Assembly (NCBI GenBank): GCA_951406725.2
Contig: OX597824.1
Span: forward strand, 79,918,001 to 79,982,000
Origin: Octopus vulgaris
Lineage: Eukaryota
DNA length: 64,000 nt
Direction of reading: 5' to 3'
Shown piece after piece: positions 41,259 to 55,074 of the stretch. Both the position numbers and the translations under genes were made by a program. Below the pieces are notes generated by a model. It had not been told where the DNA came from, made no database searches, and worked only from the letters and a program-made list of their open reading frames with translations. How positions within the stretch are numbered: position 1 is the stretch's first letter; every line of letters starts with the position of its first letter.

Positions 41259-41270
41259 ATCTGTTGATGA

Positions 41271-41662
41271 GTGGAGGCGCAATGGCCCAGTGGTTAGGGC
41301 AGCGGACTCGAGGTCATACGATCGCGGTTTCGATTCCCAGACTGGGCGTTGTGAGTGTTTATTGAGCGAAAACACGTAAAAGAGCTCCACGAGGCTCCGA
41401 CAGGGGATGGTAGTGATCCCTGCTGTACTCTTTCACCACAACTTTCTCTCACTCTTACTTCCTGTTTCTGTTGTACCTGTATTTCAAGGGGCCGGCCTTG
41501 TCACTCTCTGTGTCACGCTGAATATCCCCGAGAACTGCGTTAAGGGTGCACGTGTCTGTGGAGTGCTCAGCCACTTACACTGTTAATTTCACGAGCAGGC
41601 TGTTCCGTTGATTCGGATCAACCGGAACCCTCATCGTCGTAACCGACGGAGTGCTTCCATCC
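41271..41662 (+). mobile_element. SINE family A, full length
   Basis: 12-bp TSD atctgttgatga at 41259-41270 and 41663-41674. Confidence 0.95.
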
Positions 41663-42106
41663 ATCTGTTGATGAATAAAAGATTCTTCTTTTAACTTAAT
41701 TATTACATTTAATTATTACGTATGCTTCGCTGTTATGTTTATTACTCACGGAAATGGAAGATTTTTCGTCAACGAACTTTGTTGCCTTTGTTCTGCTGAC
41801 TCTTTCATTTAATCGAAACTCATATCAAAAGCTTAGCTTCTGGTTGAAAATAAAAATGCAAATATAAATGGAAACAACTTTGCAAGCGGGATCAAAATGG
41901 ACGACGGACGTGGTTGGTAAATACGATGTCGCTTTTAGGACATTTTATTCATACATACGTACATACATTCATACACACATGACGAGAACGTGCCATGATT
42001 ATTCTGTTATTAAATTATATTTAAATGATTTGTAATATTCAAATTTAACATGCATGATAAATAATGTAAAATTAAAAATGATGCTTGTAATACTATTTTA
42101 TTTTCA

Positions 42107-42126
42107 TTAATTATTATTATCATCAC

Positions 42127-42205
<79 letters not shown>

Positions 42206-42230
42206 GTTGTTGTTGTTGTTGTTGTTATTA

Positions 42231-42283
<53 letters not shown>

Positions 42284-42347
42284 CATCAACATCATCATCA
42301 TCATTATTATTATTATTATTATTGTTGTTGTTGTTGTTATTTATTAC

Positions 42348-42393
<46 letters not shown>

Positions 42394-42496
42394 GTTATTA
42401 TTATTTATTACTACTACTACTACTACTACATTATTATTATTACTATCATCATCATCATCATTATCATTATTATTATTATCATTATTATTATTATTA

Positions 42497-42539
<43 letters not shown>

Positions 42540-42600
42540 CATCATCATCATCACCATTATTGTTATTGTTATTATTGTTATTAATAGTATTGTTATTATT
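42107..42600. repeat. (ATT)n-dominated trinucleotide tract
   Basis: Direct inspection. Confidence 0.95.
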
Positions 42601-43439
42601 GATTTTTTTGCTGTTATGTTACAGATGTGGCCAATAAATAAATAGCAAATCTCTGGAGTATCTTGAATAGAATTTTCCCGTCCGAACTCTGTTGATTTAG
42701 TGTGTTGATTTAAAAAAAAGCAAACGTGAATCTTTAATATGATTTAGAAATTTGTATATATTTAAAAACCCTTTAAAACTGTTTAATAAGATGTATTTTT
42801 CCCAAATGAAACGGAAAAATGTTTTGAAAATTCTTCTCTACGGCAAGTATAAACCAAATTCAAAATGGCTTCCTTTGTTTCCCTCTCCAGCGGCCATCAT
42901 TGTTGCATGCGTTTGTTTGTATGTATGTGTCCACGTATGGTTGCGTGTGTAATTGTCTAAATGTGTTTGTATGCGTTTCGTTTGCGTTTATATGTATAAA
43001 TTATTTTGTGGGTATATATGTATCTACGTCTATATGTATGTGTTCATGTGTGTGTTTGTGGAGGCAAGGGAATTTCTGTATCTGACTTCTTCGCCTCTTC
43101 ATATATAACACTCTCTCTCTCTCTCGCTGTACTATTCCTTTCTCTCGTCTCTCTCTTCTGCTTTCCCGTTCTGTCTCTTTGTCGTTCTCTATCTTTAGCT
43201 CTCTTTCTAGTCTTTCTCTTTCTCATCTCTTTTTGTCTCTAAAACAACGAGGTTCTTTGAAACACTTGACATCTCTCACTTGCAGTCTTTTCTTCATATT
43301 TTGTCATAAGAAAGAAACCCTTCTCAGTTTAGCCTGTCCTCCACCACCATGATGACGAAGTGGCTTTAAGAATGGCCTCGTAGCGATGAATGAGAACTAA
43401 TACAGGTTATTTACACAAAACTAAACATCCAAATAAGCG

Positions 43440-43765
43440 ATAGTGGCCTTTTGGTAAGAAGCTCGCTTCCCAACCACATGGCTACGTGTTCAGTTCCACT
43501 GCGTGGTACACTGGGCAAGCTTCGAATCGACCAAAGCTTCGTGAGAAGACTTTGTAGAAGGAAACTGAAAGAAACAGGTCGTATATGTATGTGTATATAT
43601 TGTATGTATGTGTGTGTATGTGTCTTTGTTTGACCCCCCCCCCACCACTTGACAACCGGTGTTGGTGTGCTTACGTTCCCGTAACTTAGTGGTTCAGCAA
43701 AAAGAAATATAGAATAAATACCAGGCTAAAACATTTAATTAAAAATATTGGGCTCGATTCATTTG
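43440..43765 (+). mobile_element. SINE family C, diverged
   Basis: ccaaccacatgg...cagttccactgcgtgg...cttgacaaccggtgttgg...cccgtaacttag. Confidence 0.8.
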
Positions 43766-44100
43766 CTAGTTAAATGATTTTAACGACAACCTCGTTACAC
43801 GCAGAGACTGTACGAGGCTATTCGATAAAAAAGGGGCACAAATGTCTGGCAAACCTGCTCAGGTGTTTCCAATTGTCTGACAAGTATAGAGTAGATTTCC
43901 TGAATGTGCCATTGTGAACATGGAATAACCGCATTGGGACATATACATCGTACCTAGATTGAATATTCTGTAGAGCAGGCCATAAAGATAGCACAGGTTG
44001 TCTATATTTTAAAATGGTCGGTTACATAGACAATAAATTTGTGATCTGTATGGTCGACGCAGATAGGTTTCATAGGCAGTAGTAGTAGTAGTAGTAATAC

Positions 44101-44203
<103 letters not shown>

Positions 44204-44215
44204 AATAATAATAGT

Positions 44216-44760
44216 ATTCATGGGCGGCCTGAAGCTATTCACAAAACCGGAGGCAAAACTGGACAGCCAAGTCCAGTCAATGCAGATTTTCTCCTATGAT
44301 ATTAAGATGGAGTTTGGACTCTCAGAATGTGATACGATGTTGATGAGATGAAGAAAGCTTGCCTGCATAGAAGGCATATGGTTACCAAGTGGTGAAATGA
44401 TGAAGGCAATTCAACCTCAATCCAGCTCTTGCATACCTGCGAATATTTGAGGCAGATGGAATCAAACACAATGACATGAAAAAAAGAAAACGACAAAAAT
44501 AGAGTACCTGCGGCGAGTGAGAAAAATATTGGCTTCAAAGCTAAATGGCGGTTGGTGTAGTTTCTTTGTAAAGTAGATTCATTAAATGGATTCATTGCAA
44601 AACTTTCTTATCTTTATTTTGAAGAGCTTCACCAGTGGACTTTTAGATGTTGGCTGTGTCGCTATTACCATGCCTAACATCGAACAAAAGTATTAACAGA
44701 TACATCGACAACTCATATGTGTGAGTGAGTGCGTGCATGTGTGTGTATGTGTATACATGC

Positions 44761-44806
<46 letters not shown>

Positions 44807-44821
44807 ATGTGTATGTATTTA

Positions 44822-44861
<40 letters not shown>

Positions 44862-45448
44862 CAACACACACATGTATTTTATACATATATACATGTGTAA
44901 TATAATGTATATGTTTGTGTATATGTAAACATGTCTATGTTTCGGCCATGTCTATGTTTCGGCCATAAACTCGTGCGCAGTCGCAGTAGTTCGGTATGGG
45001 GATGGAATCCTGAATTGGTAGAGGAGGAACTAAAAATGGACAGGAAGTCAAGAAAGCTTCTAACGATGCATGGAGCCCATCATCCACGTGTAGACACCGA
45101 TCGCCTATAAATGAAGAAAGCAAATGGAGGGAGAGGACTGATAAGTGTGGAAGACTGCGTGCGTATCGAACTCGAGAGCTTAATGAGATATATAGCCCAA
45201 AGTAAGGAAACCGTGTTAGTGACAGTTATGAACGAGAGAGTATAATATAAAAGCAGGGAAGAAAAGAAAAAGTACTAAAAGGGCATGAAGAAGAATTACG
45301 TAAAAAGGAAATACATAATCAGTTCCATGCAGCCACTACAGAAGTTGGTGGAAAAAGTAGATGGGATTGGCTGATGAAAGGAACATTAAAAGAAGAGACC
45401 AAGAGCACTATACTGGCAGCGCAAGACCAAACTTTGGCCACTAACTGA
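44216..45448 (+). mobile_element. R4/Dong-clade non-LTR retrotransposon relic (RT motif through post-RT region), interrupted
   Basis: FMGGLKLF (YMDDLKLY-like)...FSYDIKMEFGLSEC...EYLRRVRKILASKLNGG, then an insertion, then SAINSCAVAVVRYG.GILNW...MDRKSRKLLTMHGAHHPRVDTDRL*MKKANGGRGLISVE...WDWLMKGTLKEETKSTILAAQDQTLATN. Adjacent to (TAA)n. Confidence 0.9.
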
Positions 45449-45789
45449 TGGGTCAACCTTAGGAATGAGCAAGTGTCTCCGCCTGGCATTTTCGGGGAGG
45501 GGATTAGTCGATTACATCGTCCACAGTGTTTCACTAGTACTTAATTTATCGAGTTCAAATCCCGCCGAGGTCGACTTTGCTTTTCATTCTTTCGGGGCAT
45601 CGACAAATTAAGTACCAGTTAAGCGCTTTGGTCGACGTAATCGACTCAACCTTCCTCCGCCCCCCGAACTTGCTGGCCTTGTGCCAAAATTTGAAACCAT
45701 TTTCGTTGTATGCCGTATATATATTTCCTTTCTCTTGTTATTTATTTATTAATTTCTTTTATCATTTCATTCAATGCTATAAAGAACCA

Positions 45790-46313
45790 AATTGATCTCA
45801 ACAATAGCGAGAAAAACCCGTTGAAAGTACCAACTAGAGATTTCATTACCTTCGTGCGCTTAGGTCAGCAGATCCGTTTCAAGAAGAAGAACAAGAAACT
45901 TCCTGTGAGATATAAAAAGTGGAACGGCTATTGGGAGGTGACTGCAGATTTACCAGGGTGCCAGGGACTCTTTCCCATTCCAGTTATGTAAAAACCGGAC
46001 ATTTTAATGTTGTGTGAAGGAATGAAAGTTGTAACTCGAGTTGAGTTAACGGTTCCCCATGAAGATAACATGGACGCCGCTCGGGCTTGAAAGATTAACC
46101 GTTATGTAATCCCCCTTAAGGAATGTGAAGACGCAGGGTGGAAAGCAGAGCGTTTTCCATTCGAAATCGGATGTAGAGGGTTTGTTGGACACAGTGTGAA
46201 ACGACTGTTGTTATCGTTAGGCCTAACTCATCGTAAGGTAAATACCACCATGGCCGATATCCAAACTACAGTGGAGAAGGCTAACCACTGGATTTGGTTA
46301 AAAAGAGACGATG
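45790..46313 (+). mobile_element. Hero (R2-superfamily) non-LTR relic: C-terminal restriction-like endonuclease
   Basis: WEVTADL...KPDILML...VELTVPHEDNMDAARA*KINRY...CEDAGW...FEIGCRGFVGHS...LG...EKANHWIWLKR, with in-frame stops. Confidence 0.88.
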
Positions 46314-46574
46314 GAGCTTTATTTAAAAAAACGATAAAAAATATTAAAATGTGTTCAAAATATATTTAAAATTCCTGCTCAGATAATTCGTCTCTTCGAT
46401 GACCACTATAAATGGATATAGAATAATTCCACCGAATAAAGTAGTTATGCATCAGTGTCTCAAATATAGATGCAGCCAAGCTTTTAAAATATCCTGCGAA
46501 AGAAACTAAAATCTGAATAATCAACTGCTAAGACAATATTAAACTTTCTTTTTCAATATTAAACTGGAGCTTTA

Positions 46575-46840
46575 TTTAATAAGCAGTTGATCTAGCAAGC
46601 GGGGCCTCATATCAGTGAGTGGGGCTGGTGCGCATTGATGCCGTCGAGAGGTAGGCCCCGAAACGGCGCGCATTCTCTCCCGATGACCCCATATACTTGC
46701 TGGCTTCCGGTATGCAGAGTTCTCGACTGGTAGCACTTGCATGTCCAAATTGCTTGCAAGACATCTAAACGCCCGCATTTTGTGCTGTCTTTGTATTGTT
46801 CCCCTCGTCCTTCGCCCTGGTGGCAAATAAAGAAAATCAA
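46575..46840 (+). mobile_element. Probable LINE (Tx1-like) 3' end running into (TTC)n
   Basis: Terminus tggtggcaaataaagaaaatc resembles the minus-strand terminus of the Tx1 relic at about 58455 (tagtggctaataaagaaaac). Confidence 0.45.
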
Positions 46841-46938
46841 TTCTTCTTCTTCTTCTTCTTCTTCTTCTTCTTCTTCTTCTTCTTCTTCTTCTTCTTCTTC
46901 TTCTTCTTCTTCTTCTTCTTCTTCTTCTTCTTCTTCTT

Positions 46939-46971
<33 letters not shown>

Positions 46972-46982
46972 ATTATTATTAT

Positions 46983-47192
46983 GGCGGCGAGCTGGCAGAA
47001 ACGTTAGCACGCCGGGCGAAATGCTTAGCGGTATTTCGTCTGCCGCTGCGTTCTGAGTTCAAATTCCGCCGAGGTCAACTTTGTCTTTCATCCTTTCGGG
47101 GTCGATAATTTAAGTACCAGTTGCGTACTGGGGTCGATCTAATCGACTGGCCCCCTCCCCCAAAATTTCGGGCCTTGTGCCTAGAGCAGAAA
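46983..47192 (+). mobile_element. SINE family B, full length, followed by a ~430-bp (ATT)n tract
   Basis: Consensus-like head, central motif and ccccaaaatttcgggccttgtgcctag 3' end. Confidence 0.92.
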
Positions 47193-47198
47193 ATATTA

Positions 47199-47271
<73 letters not shown>

Positions 47272-47283
47272 CATTATTATTAC

Positions 47284-47340
<57 letters not shown>

Positions 47341-47357
47341 CATCATCATTATTATTA

Positions 47358-47445
<88 letters not shown>

Positions 47446-47462
47446 CATCATCATTATTATTA

Positions 47463-47544
<82 letters not shown>

Positions 47545-47564
47545 CATTATTATTATTATTATTA

Positions 47565-47626
<62 letters not shown>

Positions 47627-48069
47627 TCTTTAACCAACTAAGTAGGCTATAGTTTAATGTTAGAAAGACCGATAAGTCTAATCATAAATGTTGTTTGTTA
47701 CAGACGCTCAATTTGTTTCTTGGGATTTTAGTCACGTCGGTCGGGTTACGAAACTGACCGCTAGGTGTCGTTATCGCGCTCTGATGACAATAACTGTCTT
47801 TGTTGTCGTTGACTTCGTCAGCGATTGTATAGCAGCGCTGGTGGTAAGATTGGTAATTTGTGCTTGCAAATGGCGACTATGGTAATGACGATGTTGCTGA
47901 TGATTATGATTGGTGTGGGTGGGGAGTGGGCGTGGTCAATAAAAAACATCTATGACAATTGTGTTGGTAATAATAGTCCTATTGACGATTATGATTATGG
48001 TGATGATTATCATCACGTGGTGTACAATGATAACGATAAAGATAATGATGATAATGATGTTGACTGTGG

Positions 48070-48102
<33 letters not shown>

Positions 48103-48154
48103 CGATGACGATGATGATGATGATGATGATGTTGATGATAACGATGACGATGAC

Positions 48155-48185
<31 letters not shown>

Positions 48186-49448
48186 GGTGGTGATGATGCT
48201 GTTGATGATACTGATGATGATTGTGAAGGTGGTGGTGATGATGATGATGTTGGCGATGATGATGTGGGTGATGCTGAGGATAATGATGATGATCGGACGC
48301 AAGCGACTCTCCTGCCATGCCGAAGGGTCAGGGTGTATCGATCAGTCACAGATGTTTATGACAAGTGTGAAATAACTTTTGACAAATGTAGTCCATTCGC
48401 TCCAAACATGATAATTGGTAGCCATGGTTACGTGCCAGCACCACAACTAACCTCCTCTTCTTTCTCTTCCTCATCCCCCCCAACATTCTTCGTTTTCTCC
48501 TCGTCATCACTACCACAACAGAAAAAAATAAATAACATGAAAAAGATCACCGGTACTATCACCTTCACAACCTCTGTCACAACAATAACAACCACAATAA
48601 CAAAATACTACACAGCAACAGCCAGCACCATTAGCGCCGTAAAATACACTACAAAACTTATTCCGCTACTACAATAATGAACGAGCAAGTCTGTCCGTCC
48701 GTCTGACCGGGACACCTGTGCCTCAGTCTATATTTGCTCCACATAGACATATTATAACAATTTGGAAAAAGGATGATCCCGGGATTGAAAATCTGCCCTT
48801 CATTTGGTTCTCGAATATCCAGGATTGAGATCAGGTTTGGATGAGGATTTTGTTATATGCTAACGGTTGAAAATTCAAATTTTTAAAGAACTCCAAAAAT
48901 TTGTGAACTCACAAGTTTTTCATTTAAACTGAATTTAAAAGAATACCATATTGGTAAGGTACCAATAAAAGCTTTATTACTATTGCTCTCTCCAGTTTTG
49001 GGCTGCAGGCTCAATTAGCCACCCCCTCTCCACGGAGGAGCTAGCTTAAATGATCGCATGGAATGCGGATTTTAAGCTAATATAAATACTTATTCACATA
49101 CAAACACACACACATATTTACATGTATACTTTTATTCATATTTTATAACAAAGAAACAAAGTGTTTTATGCTGAAGTTTAGAAAAGTCTTGCCTATTCTT
49201 AGTGTTCTGCTTACATGTTGCATATATGAATTATTTGTTAGCCAATCTCTTCCTTTGCTGGAAAATCTCAACTTTTCCAGAATATTTCTTAGTAACATCT
49301 TATAACATTCAGTAATAAAACCAAGTACTCCAGTTATTATTGATACAATTGTAATCAGAGTTTGTTATCTGGGTTGTTATCTATGCGCTCCGTGTGAGCA
49401 GTCATCTAAAAGTTTTTGTGAATCTTGATGTTGACATAAATTCCTTGT

Positions 49449-49531
49449 TTTTCCTGATGAGAAAGTGGCATAATGTACTCCTTATTCCTTCACAATTAGG
49501 AATATGCAGCCTTCGAAACATATGTCGAAAA
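49449..49531 (+). ncRNA. Type I hammerhead ribozyme (HHR-9), same family as HHR-8
   Basis: ttttc CTGATGA (49454-49460) gaaagt...gccttc GAA ACATATGT C gaaaa, with extended stem I ttcctt/aaggaa. Predicted cleavage after 49526. 49433-49579 is the reverse-complement homologue of 26772-26920. Confidence 0.88.
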
Positions 49532-49734
49532 TAAAGGAAATTTGTTAATTTGTCGTTCAACTCCATTCTTTCATTTATTCATAAATTTTATGAAAATACA
49601 CACAAATTTCCACACGAAAACACGTAGTCTCTGCCCTAGGCACGTAACTTCAACCGTGTTATTTCTGATGTGAATTTGCTACCCAGGTATCGGTTAAACG
49701 AATTATCCCTAAAAAGATATTTCATTTTTCTACT

Positions 49735-49806
<72 letters not shown>

Positions 49807-50084
49807 TACATAGTATTGGATTCGATTAGTTCTTTTAGAATTTTTCAAGGCGGTTCTCCAGCATGGTCGTAGCCTAATGACTGAAACAACTGAAATGTTG
49901 TTTCTGGATGAGTCATTACGTTCCGAGTTCAAATCCTGCTGAGGACATCATTGGCTTATTAAACAAAGTACAAGTCAGCTACCAGGATTGATGTAATCGT
50001 CTAACCCCTGCTCTGAAATTTCATGCCTCGTGCCTATATCATAGAGATAATATTAAGGGCGTTGAACTAGCAGTATGGTTAGAG

Positions 50085-50428
50085 CAAGGGTTCTCAACCA
50101 TTTTTTATCCATGGACCCCTTTGATTACGATTTTATTCTGGTGGACCCCAATTCAATGTTTAAAAACTAGTTTTATAGAAACTTCTTTCAAAATTCCTAT
50201 TTTGTTTTTCACACATTCACTTGTGTAGGTTGAACTATGTAAAATCTAAGAAAAAGAAACCCATCTGTTTCTTGCAATACATAACCAATACATACAACTA
50301 AAGCAAATTTTTTTCAGGGTCTCTTAAAATATCATTGTGGATCTCCAATTTACTATATCATTGCAGGGACCCCACAAAATCTTATACGGACCCTCAGGGG
50401 CCATATGGACCCCAGTTGATAACCAGTG
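50085..50428. mobile_element. hAT (Charlie-like) MITE inserted in a SINE-B head
   Basis: TIRs caagggttctcaac / gttgataaccagtg. 8-bp TSD ggttagag / cgttagag at 50077-50084 and 50429-50436. Confidence 0.85.
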
Positions 50429-50607
50429 CGTTAGAGTATTGGACAAAACACTCTGCAGAAAATCTTCTGGTTCTATACACACTAGGTTCAAATCCAGTGA
50501 GAGTTATCTGTGCTTATAAAGTATCAGGCAAGTGCCGGGGTCTGTAAAATCAACTGATTCTTTCAACTAAAAATTTCAGAGCTTTGTGGCTAGGCTAACC
50601 GTTTAGG

Positions 50608-51146
50608 ATGGTGGTTTGGCAACATCTTTAGAATGTTGGAGAAAATTACTTCTGTATTTTTGCTCGGGTCTTTACGTTCTGAGTTCAAATCTTGCTAAGG
50701 ACAACTTTGATTTCCATCATTCCGGAGTCAATAAAATAGAGTAACAATCGAGAACTAGAGTCTATAGCAGACACGGGAGATCATTTTCCAGAAGCAGGTC
50801 GCATGAAATATGGCTCATCATTTGGTGGGGCGCAGTACTAAAAAAATCAAAGTAATATTTCGTTAGGCGTGCAATCCAGAAGGTACCCCACGCTTTAGAA
50901 TTGCTGGCCTGGTGCCCAATTTGAAAGCAAGGATGGTAGATTGGCGACATCGTAAAGGGGTTGGTCAAAATACCTTGCACTATTTAAACTACAGCCCTTT
51001 ACGTTCTGGATTCAAATTCCACTGATGTCAACTTTGCCTTTCATCATTTTCGGGGTTGATAAACTAAATACCAGTTGACTACAGGGACCCTTGTAATCGA
51101 TTTCCCCCCATCCTTAAAATGGCACTCCTTGTACCTAAAGCAGAAA
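50608..51146 (+). mobile_element. Cluster of old SINE-B copies
   Basis: Repeated ttacgttctg(a/g)(g/a)ttcaaat...ctttcatcatt..gg motifs. Confidence 0.75.
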
Positions 51147-51764
51147 AGTTTATTATTACTGTCATTATTCGTGTGATACAGACACACAAACACACATACA
51201 AACACAAGCGCGCACACACACACGTACACACACCCACATTCATTTTCACTTCCCTACAATTATCTTTGTAACGTTTTTATTAGTTAACCAATATTGTTTT
51301 AGCGATCATGTTTTTTTTGTTTTTTTTTTTCACTTATTTTTATTAATTTTCCTTCTCCAATCCACATCAAACAATGAATTCGAAAAGGCCAACAACCCGT
51401 TTTGATATTCATGAACCGCACTTAATTTACTCCAGCTTAATTAACAGTAATCTTCCACCATTTGAAAGAATTTTTAATTGAACCACTTAATTCGTATTAA
51501 TTACCAGCCACACCAACCAATCATTAAATGATTAATTGTTGAAGGAAATCTCCCCTCGCCATATTTGTAAATATTTCCATAAACCGAACCTACATTAACA
51601 CCATAATAAAAAGAACAAGACGAGGTAATCTTAGCATAAAGACTCACTGTCCTTATAATGCTTTGCCACCTTAATTCCCGAATATCTCACCTACCAACCT
51701 AATTAAAGTACACCAGACTACTACACACTATTAAGTGTCCCAAATTCTTAGTCATCATTAATAA

Positions 51765-52175
51765 TGCGTGGGAGTGGCTGTGTGGTAAGTAGCTTGCTTA
51801 TGAACCACATGGTTCCGGGTTCAGTCCCACTACGTGGCACCTTGGGCAAGTGTCTTCTACTATAGCCTCGGGTCGACCAAAGCCTTATGAGTGGATTTGG
51901 CAGACGGACACTGAAAGAAGCCTGTCGTATATATATATTTGTATATGTGTGTGTATATGTTTGTGTGTCTGTGTTTGTTCACCCAACATCGCTTGACAAC
52001 CAATGCTGGTTTGTTTACGTCCCCATAACTTAGCGGTTCGGCAAAAGAGCCCGATAGAACAAGTGCTAGGCTTACAAAGAATAAGTCCTGGGATCGATTT
52101 CCTCGACTAAAGGCGGTGCTCCAGCATGGCCACAGTCAAATGACTGAAACAAGTAAAAGAGAGAGTAAAAGAGTA
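51765..52175 (+). mobile_element. SINE family C, full length
   Basis: Head, internal TA/TG tract and aagtaaaagagagagtaaaagagta tail. Confidence 0.92.
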
Positions 52176-52697
52176 TTAATATCTCAGATTTCAAATATTT
52201 TTTTTTATTATCAATGTCATGTACTTAATATATGTGTGTTATGAAACGACGTAGAGCTGCGGGACTTCGTTTAAAGAAGATCCCTTTAAAGACGTGTTGT
52301 GTTTAAAAACACGGTTTTTCTCGAAGCGAAGTAAAACGAGATCGATCCGGAAGTGAAAGAGCGTGACAGCTGTCGATATTTTACGGTCATTTCTGCTCTT
52401 CAGTGTCACGCACTCATCCACCATCCAAAAGATCCGCTTCGTCCAGCTCGAGGTGTGTATACAAATATAGTAAAAGCTGTTTTCTGATTTCAAAATGCGT
52501 CGCACAAGGAAAATAAGAATTAGAATTTTTGTTTGAAGTTACTTAGATAATCTAAACATTATTCATATAATGCTTGGAGATACATGGCATGTCATATAAA
52601 TCTGCCATTTTAATGTACCTTAAAGCATGAAACTGTTAGCTCTTTTGTAATTGTGTATATTAAATGATATCTATCTGTCTATCTGTCTATCTATCTA

Positions 52698-52780
<83 letters not shown>

Positions 52781-52801
52781 GTCTGTCTGTCTGTCTGTCT
52801 A

Positions 52802-52846
<45 letters not shown>

Positions 52847-52917
52847 ATATCTTTCTGTCTGTCTGTCTGTCCATCTATCTATTTGTCTGTCTGTCTGTCT
52901 ATCTATCTATTTGTCTG

Positions 52918-52972
<55 letters not shown>

Positions 52973-53253
52973 GTCTGTCTGTCTGTCTGTCTATCTACCT
53001 ATCTATCTGTCTATTTGTCTGTCTGTGTATCTATCTACCTATCTATATATCTTATCTTTCTATTTTTCTGTATGTCTATCTATCTATTACTTACACATAC
53101 AAATACATACAAAAATATTATTGACGAATCTTGTGTTTAAATAAAGTGTAAATACGTTTACACATGTAAGCTTAATAAAAAAAACCCCTATAGTCTCTCA
53201 CCAGCAGATGCCGGAAGACAACTCGACGTGTTATTTGGCCTTTGCCGACTCAC

Positions 53254-53341
53254 CAGATATGTCTAATTCATTTGTTTCACAGATAGATAGGCGCTTGCAA
53301 ATGATTATGAAAAGCGATACGAGTTCATGTATAATGAGCAT
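53254..53341 (-). CDS. Candidate first coding exon (signal-peptide-like MLIIHELVSLFIIICKRLSICETNELDIS, phase-1 donor)
   Basis: ATG preceded by an in-frame TGA, 88 nt ending at the strong donor CTG|GTGAGT, in a non-repetitive block. No downstream exon was identified. Confidence 0.3.
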
Positions 53342-53945
53342 TCATACAGTATCTCTCTGCAAAATTACACAATCCAGCTATTGGTTAACCCGAGAAAATT
53401 GTAGAACACACTTGCGCTTGATATTACACGGTGTCATAAAAATGAAAACCGCGTATTTGTGAAGCCATGCTGATAAACTTCACACAACCATACATGCGCT
53501 TACGATCTAATCCAAAAAAATACATACAGAAAAACCATATTAGCTGGTAGTAACAAGAATGGAAATCTATACAGTTTGTATGTTGTTTACCCTCCACACA
53601 AAACCTTCGTAGTAGCATCTTACTGTAAATTTGGACAATGGCACAATATTTAGATATGAATGGCAGCGTTATGTAAACAATGGCTGAACAGCATTAATCA
53701 GTGGCTATTGTACTATCGTGTGTGTACTGAGACAGTCTATATAGCATGGTCACAATTAGAGGAGGGTGAAACCAATACCGGAACATTAGATACTGCATGT
53801 ATGTACGTAGCTTGTATATATGTTTATACACACACATATATATATATATGCATGACATGTATGTATGTATGTATGTATGTATGTATGTATGTATGTATGT
53901 ATATATATACATATATATATATTATATATATATATATGTATATGT

Positions 53946-53979
<34 letters not shown>

Positions 53980-54020
53980 ATACGTACGTATTATTTACAT
54001 ACACGTATTACATACAAAAC

Positions 54021-54053
<33 letters not shown>

Positions 54054-54978
54054 ATTTTATACACGCACACGTACACTATATGTACACATATATTACATAC
54101 ATATTCACATATTATATATTATGTCTAAATGAGTCTGAGTATATCTAGAGAGAGATATATATATATATAGAACTATATACATGTATTTTATAAGCATATA
54201 TGCCTATATGTATATATATATTATATGATATATATCACATCTTATGTATTATGTCTATATGTGTCTGTGTATATATATATAGACATACATATATATATAC
54301 ATACATAAAATATATATGTATATATATATAACTATATATGCATATGTATGCATGTGTGCGATTTACACACACACACACACGCACATCAGAAGTATATGTA
54401 TATGTTCACACACACATACATATACATATAGCAAAAGAGAGAGATAGAAATTGAGAGAGAAAGAGAGAGAGGGACAGAGAGTGTGTGTATGAAAGAACAA
54501 AAACAAAGAAAAAGGCAGGAAAACTAGCAAATATTAAAAAACATAAATTAAATACATAAAACCACCAGGAAAGCCAGTTATAGGAAAATGGCGGGTCGTG
54601 GGGCTGGCGGAGAGACTGGTGGTGGATGAAATGTGGTGGGGGATGCTGGTGATGGTGACTAGGGTGGTGGTAGTGATGGTGGTGGTGTTGGTTGTGTTGC
54701 GTTCTTTCTTTGTGGTTGTCGATCCTTTCAGATTCTGTGTCTTGTTTAATTAATAATAAAAAATGTATGGCAGCATTAGAAACAACTAGAGGCCTTTGTA
54801 TAGGATGTGTGTGTGTATGTGAGGGGAGAAGGGGAAGAGGAGAGGAGGAGCAAGTTTTCGAGTAAAATGAAAGTGAAAGTAAAGAGAAGGATGTTGGAGT
54901 TGGTAGGTGAGTTCGCTGGGCGTTAGACGGTGGTTGGGTAGAGAGAGAATGAAAGACAAGACGAGAGGGAAACAGAGA

Positions 54979-55019
<41 letters not shown>

Positions 55020-55035
55020 AGAGAGAGGGAGAGAG

Positions 55036-55074
<39 letters not shown>

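Noticed and set aside
43790-44075. Possible R4-type CCHC region on the minus strand
   Set aside because: Only a C.LC-like trace with multiple frameshifts; insufficient support.
46600-46690. ggggcct/aggcccc stem followed by GAAAC and a later CCGATGA
   Set aside because: No core upstream of the stem and the downstream arm is not complementary; more likely a LINE 3' UTR hairpin.
52360-52411. Minus-strand 8-bp stem plus CTGAAGA gca GAAA
   Set aside because: No room for stem II and no NUH adjacent to stem I.
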